From Candidatus Poribacteria bacterium (GTDB taxonomy: Bacteria > Poribacteria > WGA-4E > WGA-3G): DNA of 64,000 nucleotides. This document shows, piece by piece, positions 9,651-20,447 of this stretch. The position numbers and the translations under genes were made by a program. Position 1 is the stretch's first letter; every line of letters starts with the position of its first letter. The stretch is from contig CAXXUA010000005.1 in the NCBI GenBank assembly GCA_963663765.2, positions 352,001-416,000 on the forward strand. The letters are read 5' to 3'. The notes under the pieces are model-generated. The model saw only the letters and a list, made by a program, of their open reading frames with translations. It had not been told where the DNA came from and made no database searches.

Positions 9651-10027
9651 GAAAAATGAGAACATGGCGTGAATGCCTTATTGAACAGATTGCTGACCAG
9701 AAAAGCGCAATTGCCTATCTACAAGCAATCCTTGAAGACTACCAAATCTATAAGGAACCTGTTGTCCTTCAAAGATCACTCCGAACCGTCGTTGAAGCGC
9801 AAGGTGGTGTTTTTGCGTTGGCAAAGCAGGTAGATATGGACCCACAAGTCCTCTCAAAAATGATCTCCAATGAAGATGTCCCTTTGATTGACACACTCGG
9901 AATTGTTCTTGAAGCACTTGGATATCAACTCTCAATCCAACCGATAAAACTTGAAAACCGTAACATTGACACGTATATTGATACGTTCGAAGGACAAAAT
10001 ACATCAACACATGTAGTGGAAAATTAA
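9647..10027 (+). CDS. Addiction-module antidote / HTH antitoxin
   Basis: AIAYLQAIL...LRTVVEAQGG..ALAK plus HTH. Overlaps the toxin stop (ATGA). Confidence 0.8.
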   Translation: MRKMRTWRECLIEQIADQKSAIAYLQAILEDYQIYKEPVVLQRSLRTVVEAQGGVFALAKQVDMDPQVLSKMISNEDVPLIDTLGIVLEALGYQLSIQPIKLENRNIDTYIDTFEGQNTSTHVVEN

Positions 10028-10089
10028 ATCGATTAATAACTATAACATGCATTAAATTCTACTTTAAATAAGGAGTCCGAAGTCAAAAA

Positions 10090-10881
10090 ATGAGCAATGA
10101 GTTGGTAATAAAAGATTTACACATCAGCGTACAAGGAAATGAGATCATCAAAGGGTTAGATATAACCGTCAAGCAGGGAGAGGTACATGCACTCATGGGA
10201 CCAAATGGGTCAGGGAAAAGCACACTCGCTTATGGGTTGATGGGACATCCTTCTTATGAAATTGATTCTGGTGAAGTAATCTTCAATGGTATAAATGTGT
10301 TGGAATTGGAACCGAATGAACGCGCAAAATTAGGACTTTTCCTCGCGTTTCAATACCCAACAGTTATACCAGGTGTGAGTGTCGCGAATTTCCTACGGAG
10401 TGCTGTCAGTGCTGTCCGGTCCAAACAAACAAACGGTTCCGAAAACATTGAAATGATCCCAATGCGCGAATTCCGAACAGAACTCCGCGAAAAAATGGCA
10501 CAACTCGGTGTAGACGATTCGTTTGCGAGACGGTATCTCAACGATGGATTCTCTGGCGGTGAGAAAAAACGCGCTGAAATCCTGCAAATGGCGATGCTTG
10601 AACCCAAAATCGCTATCCTTGACGAAACCGACTCCGGACTTGATATTGACGCTGTCCGCATTGTTGGGGAAAGCCTCAGCAGCTTGGTCGGACCTGAACT
10701 CGGAGTGTTGATTATCACACACTATCCAAGGTTGTTAGACTACATCCGTCCACAGTATGTGCATATACTGCTTGATGGAAGAATTGTCGAATCTGGCGGA
10801 TGGGAACTTACGCAGTTGTTAGAAGCAGAAGGCTACGATCCAATTCGTGAAAAATACGACATTGTTGAGGCTGTTGAGTAA
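10090..10881 (+). CDS. sufC: Fe-S cluster assembly ATPase SufC
   Basis: GPNGSGKST, FLAFQYP, FSGGEKKR, LDETDSGLD. Confidence 0.97.
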   Translation: MSNELVIKDLHISVQGNEIIKGLDITVKQGEVHALMGPNGSGKSTLAYGLMGHPSYEIDSGEVIFNGINVLELEPNERAKLGLFLAFQYPTVIPGVSVANFLRSAVSAVRSKQTNGSENIEMIPMREFRTELREKMAQLGVDDSFARRYLNDGFSGGEKKRAEILQMAMLEPKIAILDETDSGLDIDAVRIVGESLSSLVGPELGVLIITHYPRLLDYIRPQYVHILLDGRIVESGGWELTQLLEAEGYDPIREKYDIVEAVE

Positions 10882-10906
10882 AAACAAGATACAATAGAGA
10901 ACCACA

Positions 10907-11311
10907 ATGAAAACTACTCTATTTCTCTCAATCCTCTTTTGTGCAATCGCGTTGCCAACTCTCGGTGACTTAACAGATACCGATCTCAATAGAATTCGAT
11001 TGATTATCAATGAGGAGATTGAGGAGGCAATTAAGCCCATAAAAGTCAATAGTATGTCTCTAAAAACAGATATGGCATGGATGCAAGGAAAATTTGAAAA
11101 CAGCGGTAAGCAATTTGAGGACGTTGACATGCAAATCCCACATGCAAAGTATGTTTTTTATGTACTAATAGTGGTCATAATAGCAGTTGTAGCAGCACAA
11201 TTAATTCCCTTTGTGCAGGAAATCAGTAAGGATCGCTTACTTGAAAAACAAGTTGAAATACTCGCGCAGGAAATGGAAGCACTGAAGCAACAACGAATAG
11301 TAAACCCGTGA
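10907..11311 (+). CDS. Hypothetical membrane protein (signal peptide, coiled coil, TM helix)
   Basis: 134 aa. Hydrophobic N-terminus and one TM segment. Lies between sufC and sufB. Confidence 0.65.
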   Translation: MKTTLFLSILFCAIALPTLGDLTDTDLNRIRLIINEEIEEAIKPIKVNSMSLKTDMAWMQGKFENSGKQFEDVDMQIPHAKYVFYVLIVVIIAVVAAQLIPFVQEISKDRLLEKQVEILAQEMEALKQQRIVNP

Positions 11312-11349
11312 AAATCATAACTATAAGATATTCTGAAGGAGAATACAAA

Positions 11350-12768
11350 ATGGCAACCCCAGAAACGCAACAACTTGAAGATATGGGAATCAGTAAAGAT
11401 TACAAATACGGATTCCACGATGATATCAAACCAACGTTCAAATCCCGTAAAGGATTGGACGAAGAGATTATCAATCAGATTTGCGACATCAAAGAAGAAC
11501 CGGATTGGATGCGTCAGTATAGGCTTGAAGCTTATAAAATCTTTAAGCAGAAGCCGATGACAAAGTGGGGTGGTGATCTTTCACAACTCGATTTTGACGA
11601 CATCTATTATTATGTCAAAGCATCTGACCGAAGTGAACGGAGTTGGGACGATGTGCCGGAAGACATCAAGAAAACCTTTGACCGACTTGGCATCCCAGAA
11701 GCGGAACGAAAATTCCTCGCGGGTGTCGGCGCACAATACGATTCTGAGGTCGTATATCACAACCTCGTTGAAGAATTGGATAAACTTGGCGTCATTTTCG
11801 TTGATACCGATACTGCTGTCAAAGAATATCCTGACCTTGTGAAAAAATATTTCGGAACTATTATTCCATCTGCCGATAACCAATTTGCCGCACTGAACAG
11901 TGCTGCTTGGAGTGGTGGTAGTTTCATTTATGTGCCACCCGGCGTAAAGGTTGACTATCCGTTGCAGGCATATTTCCGCATCAACACCGAAAACATGGGA
12001 CAGTTTGAACGCACGCTCATCATCGCTGATGAAGGTTCTCAAGTGCATTACGTTGAAGGTTGCACAGCACCGACGTTCAGTAGCGAATCCCTACATAGTG
12101 CTGTCGTTGAAATCGTTTGCATGAAAGGTTCTCGCGTACGTTACACAACAATCCAGAACTGGGCGGGGAATGTATACAATCTCGTCACCAAACGTGCGGT
12201 GGCTTATCAAGACGCACAGATGGAGTGGGTTGATGGTAATCTTGGCAGTAAGTTGACGATGAAGTATCCGAGTGTCTATATGATGGAACCCGGCGCACGC
12301 GGTGAAATCCTTTCTATTGCGTTTGCAAGCAAAGGACAACACCAAGATGCAGGGGCAAAAGTCTACCATTGCGCACCACACACTACCTCACAGATTACGT
12401 CAAAATCCATCAGTAAAGATGGCGGACGTTCCAGTTATCGGGGTTGGGTTGATGTTGCAAAAGGCGCAAAGGGATGCAAATCTCACGTCGTTTGTGATGC
12501 ACTTCTGCTTGATAAGGACTCACGTTCTGATACCTATCCGGTCATTGAAATCAATGAGAACGATACCAACATTGAACACGAAGCACGCGTTAGCAAAATC
12601 GGTGAAGAGCAGCTTTTCTACCTGATGAGTCGCGGACTCTCGGAAGAAGAGGCATCCACCATGATTGTCAACGGGTTCATTGAACCACTTGTCAAGGAAC
12701 TCCCAATGGAATATGCAGTTGAGATGAACAGACTCATCCAACTCCAGATGGAAGGTTCAATCGGATAA
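11350..12768 (+). CDS. sufB: Fe-S cluster assembly protein SufB
   Basis: [41 protein letters not shown] 11350 after an RBS. Confidence 0.97.
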   Translation: MATPETQQLEDMGISKDYKYGFHDDIKPTFKSRKGLDEEIINQICDIKEEPDWMRQYRLEAYKIFKQKPMTKWGGDLSQLDFDDIYYYVKASDRSERSWDDVPEDIKKTFDRLGIPEAERKFLAGVGAQYDSEVVYHNLVEELDKLGVIFVDTDTAVKEYPDLVKKYFGTIIPSADNQFAALNSAAWSGGSFIYVPPGVKVDYPLQAYFRINTENMGQFERTLIIADEGSQVHYVEGCTAPTFSSESLHSAVVEIVCMKGSRVRYTTIQNWAGNVYNLVTKRAVAYQDAQMEWVDGNLGSKLTMKYPSVYMMEPGARGEILSIAFASKGQHQDAGAKVYHCAPHTTSQITSKSISKDGGRSSYRGWVDVAKGAKGCKSHVVCDALLLDKDSRSDTYPVIEINENDTNIEHEARVSKIGEEQLFYLMSRGLSEEEASTMIVNGFIEPLVKELPMEYAVEMNRLIQLQMEGSIG

Positions 12769-12826
12769 TACATAGCATTGTAAGGCAAGGTCTTTGTGCC
12801 TCAGCCTTACTTACTGAGGAAAGAAA

Positions 12827-14176
12827 TTGCAAACAGGTGATTTTTCAAAAGATTTTGTTGAAAAAATAGCACGGGATGAGCCGAAGTGGATGCAGGACAA
12901 ACGGATGGAAGCATACTCGCTTTACGAATCGTTACCGATGCCACATACCACTGAAGATGATGTGTGGCGGCGCACCGTTGATATGCGGACACAGGACTAT
13001 TGGCGTAGAACTCGCCGACATCTCCGCGGTTTCACCGTTGAGAATTATCGTCCTGCAGCCGAGACAAACGGAAGTGCTTCAACTGAAGTAGAAGATGGAT
13101 CGGGGGTAATTGTCCAAGTTGATGGGAATCCGCAACACACTTATTTGTCTCCTGAATTAGAAAAAAAGGATGTCTACTTCGCTGATTTGCACACAGCACT
13201 AAAGGAACGCGGCGATCTTATCCGTGACTACTTTATGACAAAAGCTGTCACATTAGAAACGACGTTAAAAAGTGGAAATATCGCAAGTCGTAACAAGTTT
13301 GACGCACTTCACGGTGCATTTTGTCAAGGAGGCTATGTCCTACACATTCCAAAAGGTGTAAGGATAGAAGACCCTTTACGAGTTTTTATCCAACTCTCAG
13401 AAGATCAACAAGCAGATTTGTCGCATATCCTCCTCATTGCTGAAGAGGATAGTCAGGTTGTTATCATAGAAGACAATGCCTCTGAAAATCCAGATTCAGG
13501 TGGTTTTCACTGTGGGGCAGTTGAAATCTTCGCTGGACAGAATGCCAATGTCACTTATGTACAGGTGCAACACTGGAATCGTCAGGTGTGGAATTTCGCT
13601 TCACAGCGCGCTGTTATTGGAAAAGATGCACAACTCTGTTGGGTCACTGCAACCTTCGGGGCAAGATTAAGCAAACTAAACCAAGCAATTGTGTTAGAAG
13701 GAAATGGTGCACATGCTCAATTGTTAGGCTTAGCTTTCACCGATGCACGCCAACACTTAGACGTAAGTACCGCACAAGAACATTTTTCACCCCATACCAC
13801 AAGCGATCTACTTTATAGAAATGTCTTGAAGGATAGATCGCAAACAGCATGGGGTGGTAATATCTATGTGTACCCTGATGCAAACTATACTGATGCGTAT
13901 CAAAAAAATGACAATCTGTTGCTCAGTGAACGCGCACATGCTGATACCTTACCCGGATTAGAAATTGAAGCGCATGAAGTCCGATGCACCCACGGTGCTA
14001 CTGCAGGACAGATTGATGCAGATCAAGTCTTCTACTTGATGAGCCGAGGATTACCCTACGACTTAGCAGAAAAACTGATTGTTGATGGATTTTTTGAACC
14101 TGTCATGCAACGCATTCCAATGGAATCTGTCCGACAAAAAATGCAAGAATTTGTCTCAAGTAAATTAGAAACATAG
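12827..14176 (+). CDS. sufD: Fe-S cluster assembly protein SufD
   Basis: SufBD beta-helix; PGLEIEAHEVRCTHGATAG, FYLMSRG. Confidence 0.93.
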   Translation: MQTGDFSKDFVEKIARDEPKWMQDKRMEAYSLYESLPMPHTTEDDVWRRTVDMRTQDYWRRTRRHLRGFTVENYRPAAETNGSASTEVEDGSGVIVQVDGNPQHTYLSPELEKKDVYFADLHTALKERGDLIRDYFMTKAVTLETTLKSGNIASRNKFDALHGAFCQGGYVLHIPKGVRIEDPLRVFIQLSEDQQADLSHILLIAEEDSQVVIIEDNASENPDSGGFHCGAVEIFAGQNANVTYVQVQHWNRQVWNFASQRAVIGKDAQLCWVTATFGARLSKLNQAIVLEGNGAHAQLLGLAFTDARQHLDVSTAQEHFSPHTTSDLLYRNVLKDRSQTAWGGNIYVYPDANYTDAYQKNDNLLLSERAHADTLPGLEIEAHEVRCTHGATAGQIDADQVFYLMSRGLPYDLAEKLIVDGFFEPVMQRIPMESVRQKMQEFVSSKLET

Positions 14177-14277
14177 TCTATTTTATCCTATTAATTGTGG
14201 GAGGGGTTTGAAACCCCGAACTAATATACGAAGTGCGTCTCAAGACGTTACCATCTTAACAGAAAGGAGTCCCTACA

Positions 14278-14619
14278 ATGAGTCAACCCAAAATTATCGC
14301 TTACATGAAACCTGTTTGTGGTTGGAGCAACGGTGTCCGAGCCATTTTTGACAAATACAATTTGGAATATGAAGACAGAGACATCATCAATAACGAAGAC
14401 AACTATCGTGAAATGGTCATAAAGACGCGACAACAATTCCAACCATCCGTCCAAATTGACGATGTGATGCTTGCCGATGTCAGCGGCGATGAAGTGGAAG
14501 CATATCTACTTGAGGAAGGCATTGTGAAAGAAAACGATGCCGATACCGATGTCCCAACCGATCAAGCATGTGAAGACCACGGACCGTCTCCTGTCAATAT
14601 CGGCTTCCCAAGCAGATAG
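14278..14619 (+). CDS. Monothiol glutaredoxin-like protein
   Basis: YMKPVCGWS, PSVQIDD.MLADVSG. Confidence 0.85.
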   Translation: MSQPKIIAYMKPVCGWSNGVRAIFDKYNLEYEDRDIINNEDNYREMVIKTRQQFQPSVQIDDVMLADVSGDEVEAYLLEEGIVKENDADTDVPTDQACEDHGPSPVNIGFPSR

Positions 14620-14721
14620 ACTTTATTAAAACATGGTATGCGCGCTTTTCAAAGCGCGCTACTTCCATTTGCATATCCAAGGAGGGCATTAGCATAGAAT
14701 AGGAGGTATATAGTCTTTAGA

Positions 14722-15771
14722 ATGACACTTAAAGAAAATATTGATGATATACGTAATCAATTAAAACAAGGCGCGTTTTCACATGAGGCGACAGTCTCTG
14801 ATGGTATTGTGCGTAGGTTGCTTCACGCGTTGAAATGGCCTATATTCACACCTAAGGTCTTCATTCCAGAATACGGAGTCGGCGGACAAAGAGTAGACTT
14901 TGCGTTGTGTCACCCACCAGAAAAGCCGCGAGTTTTCATTGAGGTTAAACAAGTCGGGAATCTTGATGGAACAGAGGCACAGTTATTTGGATACGCTTTT
15001 CGCGAGGGAGTACCAATTGCAATTCTCACTGATGGTCAGAAATGGCGATTTTTTCACCCAACCGGGGAAGGAAAATTTAGTGAGCGTAAGGTATACGAAT
15101 TAGATCTGCTTCAAAGTGACAGTGAGGAAAGTATAGAACGTCTTAACAGATACCTGAACTATGAGGCAGTCCAAAAAGGTGACGCTGTTACGGCAATTAA
15201 AAATGATTATCAAAAAGTCTCCAAACAGCGTGAAATTGAGGCACGCTTACCAGAGGCATGGAGCAAATTATTGCAGGACGAAGATGGATTTACTGAATTC
15301 TTAATAGAAGCGATGGCAGGTAAAACCGAAAGTCTGTGTGGAGCCAGACCCACACAGGAACAGATATTGATGTTTCTGAAAAGCTTAAAAAGGGAAACAG
15401 GATCGGACAGGATAGTTGATCCCTCTAATACAATTCAAGACCCTCAATATAGTGAATCACACCAAACATCCTCTTACTCCAAGAAACCCCGACAGATATT
15501 GAATGTTACTATGCCAGATGGCACAGTAATTAAACATCGTACTGCTATAGACACTTTTATTGAGGTACTTGAAACGATTGGATTAGAGAAAATTGCTCAG
15601 GTTTATCCCCGAATAGTATCAACATCTCCATTCCAACACGGAAGGCATACACAGAAAGGTGCTTTTTATATCGATCATAATCATGGAGGACTTGAGAAAA
15701 AAAGACATATTAAAGAAATTGCTGGACTACTAAATTTAACACTCACCGTTGAACTAGTTGATAAAGTGTGA
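14722..15771 (+). CDS. HsdR N-terminal-like PD-(D/E)xK nuclease
   Basis: PEY....RVDFAL...VFIEVK...QLFGYA...AILTDG..WRFF. Confidence 0.8.
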   Translation: MTLKENIDDIRNQLKQGAFSHEATVSDGIVRRLLHALKWPIFTPKVFIPEYGVGGQRVDFALCHPPEKPRVFIEVKQVGNLDGTEAQLFGYAFREGVPIAILTDGQKWRFFHPTGEGKFSERKVYELDLLQSDSEESIERLNRYLNYEAVQKGDAVTAIKNDYQKVSKQREIEARLPEAWSKLLQDEDGFTEFLIEAMAGKTESLCGARPTQEQILMFLKSLKRETGSDRIVDPSNTIQDPQYSESHQTSSYSKKPRQILNVTMPDGTVIKHRTAIDTFIEVLETIGLEKIAQVYPRIVSTSPFQHGRHTQKGAFYIDHNHGGLEKKRHIKEIAGLLNLTLTVELVDKV

Positions 15772-15803
15772 ACTATAATCGCCACCAGCAAATGTAGAAA
15801 ATC

Positions 15804-16601
15804 ATGGATACCACAACAGACTTTGAAATTAAACAGAGAAAATATATACCAGTCTTTCCAAAAGCAACTGGCAAAACGACTGTCTATATTGAAGGATATC
15901 CGTGTGAAGACGACGAACCTATGGCCGCAACTGGATTTCACGGTGTGCAGATTAATACCTTTTATGACCAACTTTCACGATATTTCGCAATCAACGAACG
16001 AATATACATTGGTGTTGACAGTTTTATCTATTACAGCGAAGGGTACATCACAAAGTCCGTTGCTCCTGAAATCTACGTTGTCTTCGGTGTGAATAAAGTC
16101 CCTGAACGTCGCAGCTTTTATACGTGGGCAGAGGGTGCAGTACCTGCCGTAGTATTTGAGTTTCTCTCTGATTCAACAGCACATCAGGACCGGAATGAAA
16201 AAGTTGCGTTGTATCTAAATGATATCGGAGTTCAAGAATACTTTATCCATCAACCTGAATTGGAAAAACCCGCAGAGTTTCGTGGGTGGAAACGGAGTCC
16301 TTCGGGTAACATCGTTGAAATAGTTCCTGATGCTGAGGGAGGTCTGATCTGTGAAGCGTTAAATCTCTGGTTTCGGTGGAAGGTAGATCAGACGACACAC
16401 GTGAGGCTTTTACGTCCATATTTACCTGATGGCACTCCAATCACAACATCTATGGAAGAACAGCATCTTAAAGAGACTGCACAAGAATTAGCGAAAGAAG
16501 AAGCATTCCTCAGAGAGGTCGAAACACAAAGAAGGCAAGAATTAGAAGCAGAAATTGAGCAACTCCGAGCACAACTTGCAAACCGTCAAGACGATAATTG
16601 A
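15804..16601 (+). CDS. Uma2 family endonuclease
   Basis: EPMA...H, VAPEIYVV, P.VVFEFLS.ST...D..EK..LY...GVQEYFI, C-terminal coiled coil. Confidence 0.85.
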   Translation: MDTTTDFEIKQRKYIPVFPKATGKTTVYIEGYPCEDDEPMAATGFHGVQINTFYDQLSRYFAINERIYIGVDSFIYYSEGYITKSVAPEIYVVFGVNKVPERRSFYTWAEGAVPAVVFEFLSDSTAHQDRNEKVALYLNDIGVQEYFIHQPELEKPAEFRGWKRSPSGNIVEIVPDAEGGLICEALNLWFRWKVDQTTHVRLLRPYLPDGTPITTSMEEQHLKETAQELAKEEAFLREVETQRRQELEAEIEQLRAQLANRQDDN

Positions 16602-16617
16602 ATCTGTTGGATTTAAT

Positions 16618-17874
16618 ATGACACAAAAAAAAATGCACACATCCGACTTCCGTCCACTTGATGTCCAAGCGATTCGCGCAGATTTCCCAATCTTTGCGGA
16701 CACGCCACCGTTAGCATTTCTTGATAGTGCTGCGTCAACACAAACACCGCGTCCTGTCGTTGATGCAATGGATGCATATTATGATACCTATCGCTCCAAT
16801 ATCCACCGCGGCATCTATCGGATTTCAGAAGAAGCGACAGACCAATACGAAAAAGCACGGCAGAATGTCGCACGGTTAATCAACGCACCACGTACCAGCG
16901 AGGTTATCTTCACACGGAATACCACGGAGTCAATCAACCTTGTCGCATACAGTTGGGGAAGTGTCAATATCCAACAAGGCGATGAAATCGTTCTCACAGA
17001 CCTTGAACACCATAGCAACCTTGTTCCGTGGCAAATGCTTGCGCAACGTACTGGAGCAACTCTCCGTTATTTGGAAATAACAGAACAAGGTTTACTTGAT
17101 TTTATGCAATTGCACGATGTGCTTTCTGAAAAAACCAAGTTAGTCGCAATAACGCACGTCTCAAACGTTCTCGGCACAATTAACCCAATCCAGTCTGTTA
17201 TTGACGCTGCACACGCTGCGGGCGCAAAGGTTTTGGTAGACGCAGCGCAGTCAGTTCCGCACTTTCATGTTGACGTGCAGCAGTTAGATTGTGACTTTCT
17301 TGCATTTTCTGGACATAAGATGTGCGGTCCAACGGGTGTCGGTGTGCTATACGGTAAGATGGATCTGCTTGAGGAGATGCCACCTTTTCTCGGTGGTGGG
17401 TCAATGATTCGTTCTGTTGAACGCGACATGTCAACCTACGCAGACCTACCCGCCAAGTTTGAAGCAGGCACACCCAGCATCGCTGAAGCCATCGGACTCG
17501 GTGCTGCCGTAAATTACATAACAAAAGCAGGATTAGCATCAATCCATGTTCATGAACAGGAACTAACCAAATATGCACATGATCGTTTACAAAAAATTGA
17601 AGGTATAACAATTTATGGACCAGCACCACATCAAAAAGCGGGTGTTATCTCCTTTAATATGGAGGGCATCCATCCGCACGACGTTGCTGGTATTTTGGAT
17701 ACAGTAAATATTGCTATTCGCGCAGGACATCACTGCGCACAACCATTGATGAAAAAGTTAGATGTTATCGCAACTGCCCGTGCCAGTTTTTATCTATACA
17801 ATACGCTTGAAGACGTAGATCGTTTATACGAAGGACTACAAAAGGCACAGGCACTTATGATACGGAGAAAATAA
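16618..17874 (+). CDS. sufS: Cysteine desulfurase SufS
   Basis: LDSAAS, NIHRG, EHHSN, SGHKMCGP (PLP Lys), RAGHHCA. Confidence 0.97.
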   Translation: MTQKKMHTSDFRPLDVQAIRADFPIFADTPPLAFLDSAASTQTPRPVVDAMDAYYDTYRSNIHRGIYRISEEATDQYEKARQNVARLINAPRTSEVIFTRNTTESINLVAYSWGSVNIQQGDEIVLTDLEHHSNLVPWQMLAQRTGATLRYLEITEQGLLDFMQLHDVLSEKTKLVAITHVSNVLGTINPIQSVIDAAHAAGAKVLVDAAQSVPHFHVDVQQLDCDFLAFSGHKMCGPTGVGVLYGKMDLLEEMPPFLGGGSMIRSVERDMSTYADLPAKFEAGTPSIAEAIGLGAAVNYITKAGLASIHVHEQELTKYAHDRLQKIEGITIYGPAPHQKAGVISFNMEGIHPHDVAGILDTVNIAIRAGHHCAQPLMKKLDVIATARASFYLYNTLEDVDRLYEGLQKAQALMIRRK

Positions 17875-18263
17875 TGAACATATATCAGGAAGAACTACTT
17901 GACCACTATGAGAATCCCAGCAACTACGGAACACTTCCGAACCCCGATATTACACATGAAGAGGACAATCCATTATGTGGAGACACAATTCGAATGGATC
18001 TGGTTGTTGAGGATGATACTATCAAAGAGGTGCGTTTTTCTGGACAAGGTTGTACCATCAGTCAAGCGGCTGCCTCTATGCTCACTGAAAAAATTCAAGG
18101 TAAATCTCTTGAAGAAGTCAAACAACTTTCAAGAGATGATATTATGGATATGATCGGAATTCCGTTGGGACCTGTCCGTGTGAAATGCGCTTTATTAGCA
18201 CTCAAAGTTCTCAAAGCGGGTGCTTACGGTATCAAAGGCTGGCCCGGTGAGGAAAACACATAA
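17874..18263 (+). CDS. sufU: SufU/IscU-type scaffold or sulfur acceptor
   Basis: NPLCGD, GCTISQAAAS, RVKCALL. Confidence 0.92.
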   Translation: MNIYQEELLDHYENPSNYGTLPNPDITHEEDNPLCGDTIRMDLVVEDDTIKEVRFSGQGCTISQAAASMLTEKIQGKSLEEVKQLSRDDIMDMIGIPLGPVRVKCALLALKVLKAGAYGIKGWPGEENT

Positions 18264-18277
18264 GGGGACTCTACACT

Positions 18278-18514
18278 ATGAATGAAAATGTAACTGCAAC
18301 ACGAGAAACTAAAGTTACAATGAATGTCCAACAATTAGAAAACCTTATACGAAAGGTAATACGCGAAGAACTTGTGGAATTTGCGACACAAGAATTCGGT
18401 ATTTTTAATCTTGATAAAGAATCCCCGCTTTATGAAGATATGGAAGATATTCTTGAACGTAAAAAAAACGGAAAGTTGAAGTTTTATACTCACGAAGAAA
18501 TTTGGAATGAATGA
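18278..18514 (+). CDS. Putative antitoxin
   Basis: 78 aa; LIRKVIREEL; C-terminal YTHEEIW. Overlaps the downstream RelE-like gene. Confidence 0.65.
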   Translation: MNENVTATRETKVTMNVQQLENLIRKVIREELVEFATQEFGIFNLDKESPLYEDMEDILERKKNGKLKFYTHEEIWNE

Positions 18515-18836
18515 TTATCAAGCGTATTACAAAGATAGATTCGTTCGCAACCTTGCTCGTTACTCAAGCTTACAGAATCGCATCCAGCAAAAGGTTGAAC
18601 AAATACTTATCAATCCTTATGATCGCACAGAAAAGCTCGGACGTGTATCTGGTGGCTTAGATCTAAGAGGATGTCGTAGTTCTCGGATAGACAGAAATTT
18701 CCGTATAATATTCGTTATTTGTGAAGAGTGTTGACCTATTGAAGAATGTCTATATTGTTTTTGTGAGAGAAGAGAAGATAAAGCAGTAGTATTCTTGACC
18801 GCGGGTCCGCATACTCGAGCTTATGCGATGAACTAA
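18507..18836 (+). pseudogene. RelE/YafQ-like toxin with Cys-rich insert and in-frame TGA at 18732
   Basis: RIQQKVEQILINPY..EKL...LRGCRSSRIDRNFRIIF-VICEEC*PIEECLYCFCE...VVFLTAGPH..AY. Confidence 0.75.
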
Positions 18837-18892
18837 ACATATTCACACAACACACGTGGGATTAAATATAAGATGAATAGGAAAGGAACCTA

Positions 18893-19204
18893 ATGGCAGA
18901 ATTCTATAAAGCAGCGAAAGTTGGTGAAGTGCCGCCCGGCGCAAAAAAATTGGTTGAAGTAGATTTCGTACCTGTGCTAATCTTTAACGTAGAAGGCAAG
19001 TTTTACGCGATGGAGGATGTCTGCACACATGATAGCGGTCCTCTTGGCGAAGGCTTTTTGGAAGGTGATGAGATAGAATGTCCACGACACGGCGCAAGAT
19101 TTTGTGTCAAAACCGGAAAAGCCCTCTGTATGCCTGCCGTTGAAGACATTGAATGTTTTCCTGTAAAAATTGAGGACAACGAAATCTTGGTTAGTATTGA
19201 CTAA
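18893..19204 (+). CDS. Rieske-type [2Fe-2S] ferredoxin
   Basis: CTH...CPRHG. Confidence 0.93.
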   Translation: MAEFYKAAKVGEVPPGAKKLVEVDFVPVLIFNVEGKFYAMEDVCTHDSGPLGEGFLEGDEIECPRHGARFCVKTGKALCMPAVEDIECFPVKIEDNEILVSID

Positions 19205-19255
19205 CATACACATATACATCAAAGGTCACTATATCCGTTATAGGAGGAAATACAA

Positions 19256-19555
19256 ATGGTAACAGAAGAATCTGTTTTGGAATCTATCAAACAAATTATC
19301 GACCCAGAGATTGGCATTAACATCGTTGACATGGGACTAATCTACGAAGTCGACATCAACGACACAACCGTTGACATTAAGATGACACTAACCAGTCCCG
19401 GATGCCCCGCTGGTGGACAGATTATTAACGGGACGCAGCTCGTCACACAAAAGATGGACGGTGTTGAAGAGGTAAACGTTAGTGTTGTCTGGACACCGCG
19501 CTGGACACCCGAATTGATGAGTGAAGAAGCAAAGGACGAACTCGGTATCTTTTAA
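19256..19555 (+). CDS. sufT: DUF59/SufT Fe-S assembly protein
   Basis: IDPEIGINIVDMGLIY, MTLTSPGCP, WTP. Confidence 0.9.
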   Translation: MVTEESVLESIKQIIDPEIGINIVDMGLIYEVDINDTTVDIKMTLTSPGCPAGGQIINGTQLVTQKMDGVEEVNVSVVWTPRWTPELMSEEAKDELGIF

Positions 19556-19573
19556 CAAATTTATGAGGTCCTA

Positions 19574-19819
19574 ATGGAATACAAAATACCTCTTGTTCTG
19601 ACACCACAAACTGAAGGCGGTTATACAGTAACTTCTCCACTATTACCAGAGTTAGTTACCGAGGGGGATTCGGTAGACGAGTCGTTGGAAAACGTTAAAG
19701 ATGCCTTTAAAGCAGTCATGGAACTCTATCAGGAATTAGGACGTTCATTGCCAGAGAATATCCAGATTTCTGATAAGAAGAGCCTCGTGTGGTTGGAAAC
19801 TGTGGTATCTGCATCGTGA
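19574..19819 (+). CDS. hicB: HicB family antitoxin
   Basis: EGGYTVTSP.LP...TEGDS.DE...N.KDA. Confidence 0.88.
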   Translation: MEYKIPLVLTPQTEGGYTVTSPLLPELVTEGDSVDESLENVKDAFKAVMELYQELGRSLPENIQISDKKSLVWLETVVSAS

Positions 19820-20028
19820 AATATAGAGAAGTGTCGCGAAAATTAACAGCCCTCGGTTGTCATGAACGAAAGAGAAGAGGCAGCGGATCACATCGAAAAT
19901 GGTTTAATCCCAATACCCAACAAGGTACTGTTGTGCCAGATTGGGGTAGTCGCGATCTTAAATTAGGCACGATTCGTGCTGCTGTCCGACAATTGGGAAT
20001 TGATTGGCAAGATTTTCACGGCACTTAA
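19816..20028 (+). CDS. hicA: HicA family mRNA interferase toxin
   Basis: GTG start overlapping the hicB stop; GSGSH, VVP, GTIRAAVRQLG. Confidence 0.88.
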   Translation: MKYREVSRKLTALGCHERKRRGSGSHRKWFNPNTQQGTVVPDWGSRDLKLGTIRAAVRQLGIDWQDFHGT

Positions 20029-20060
20029 AGTCGCTGAATCAGTTGTTAGACAATGAAATA

Positions 20061-20447
20061 ATGACTACAGTTAGCAAAAGCCCGAAAACCCTCAAGAAAC
20101 ATGAGAAAGCCTTTCATATAGAGTGGAAGGATGGGCATCTCAGTTGGTATCCATATCGCTACCTCAGACAGATGTGTCCGTGTGCAGAATGTGCTATCAT
20201 TAGGCACGATGGAAAAGACATCCATTCACTCTTTTCACCACAAGGTGATGGAGATGTCGCACTAATTGAGACATCGGAAGACATTCAACCACTTGATATT
20301 CAGTTGGTTGGTCGTTATGCGCTCCAATTCAGTTGGGATGATGGGCACAATACCGGCATCTATCCGTTTGAAGTTTTGCGCGAGACATGTCCGTGTCCTG
20401 AATGTGCTCCGTTACAACCTATTCAAAACGAAGAAAGAATAGAATAA
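20061..20447 (+). CDS. DUF971 / gamma-butyrobetaine hydroxylase N-terminal-like protein
   Basis: W.DGH...Y...YLR..CPCAEC, VGRYALQF.WDDGH.TGIY. Confidence 0.9.
   Translation: MTTVSKSPKTLKKHEKAFHIEWKDGHLSWYPYRYLRQMCPCAECAIIRHDGKDIHSLFSPQGDGDVALIETSEDIQPLDIQLVGRYALQFSWDDGHNTGIYPFEVLRETCPCPECAPLQPIQNEERIE

Noticed and set aside
9423-18734. UGA recoding (selenocysteine or alternative genetic code)
   Set aside because: Intact genes (for example the EamA transporter, tnpA and hicB) end in TGA at the expected positions. No SECIS was recognised, and Arg fits the context, so nonsense mutation is simpler.
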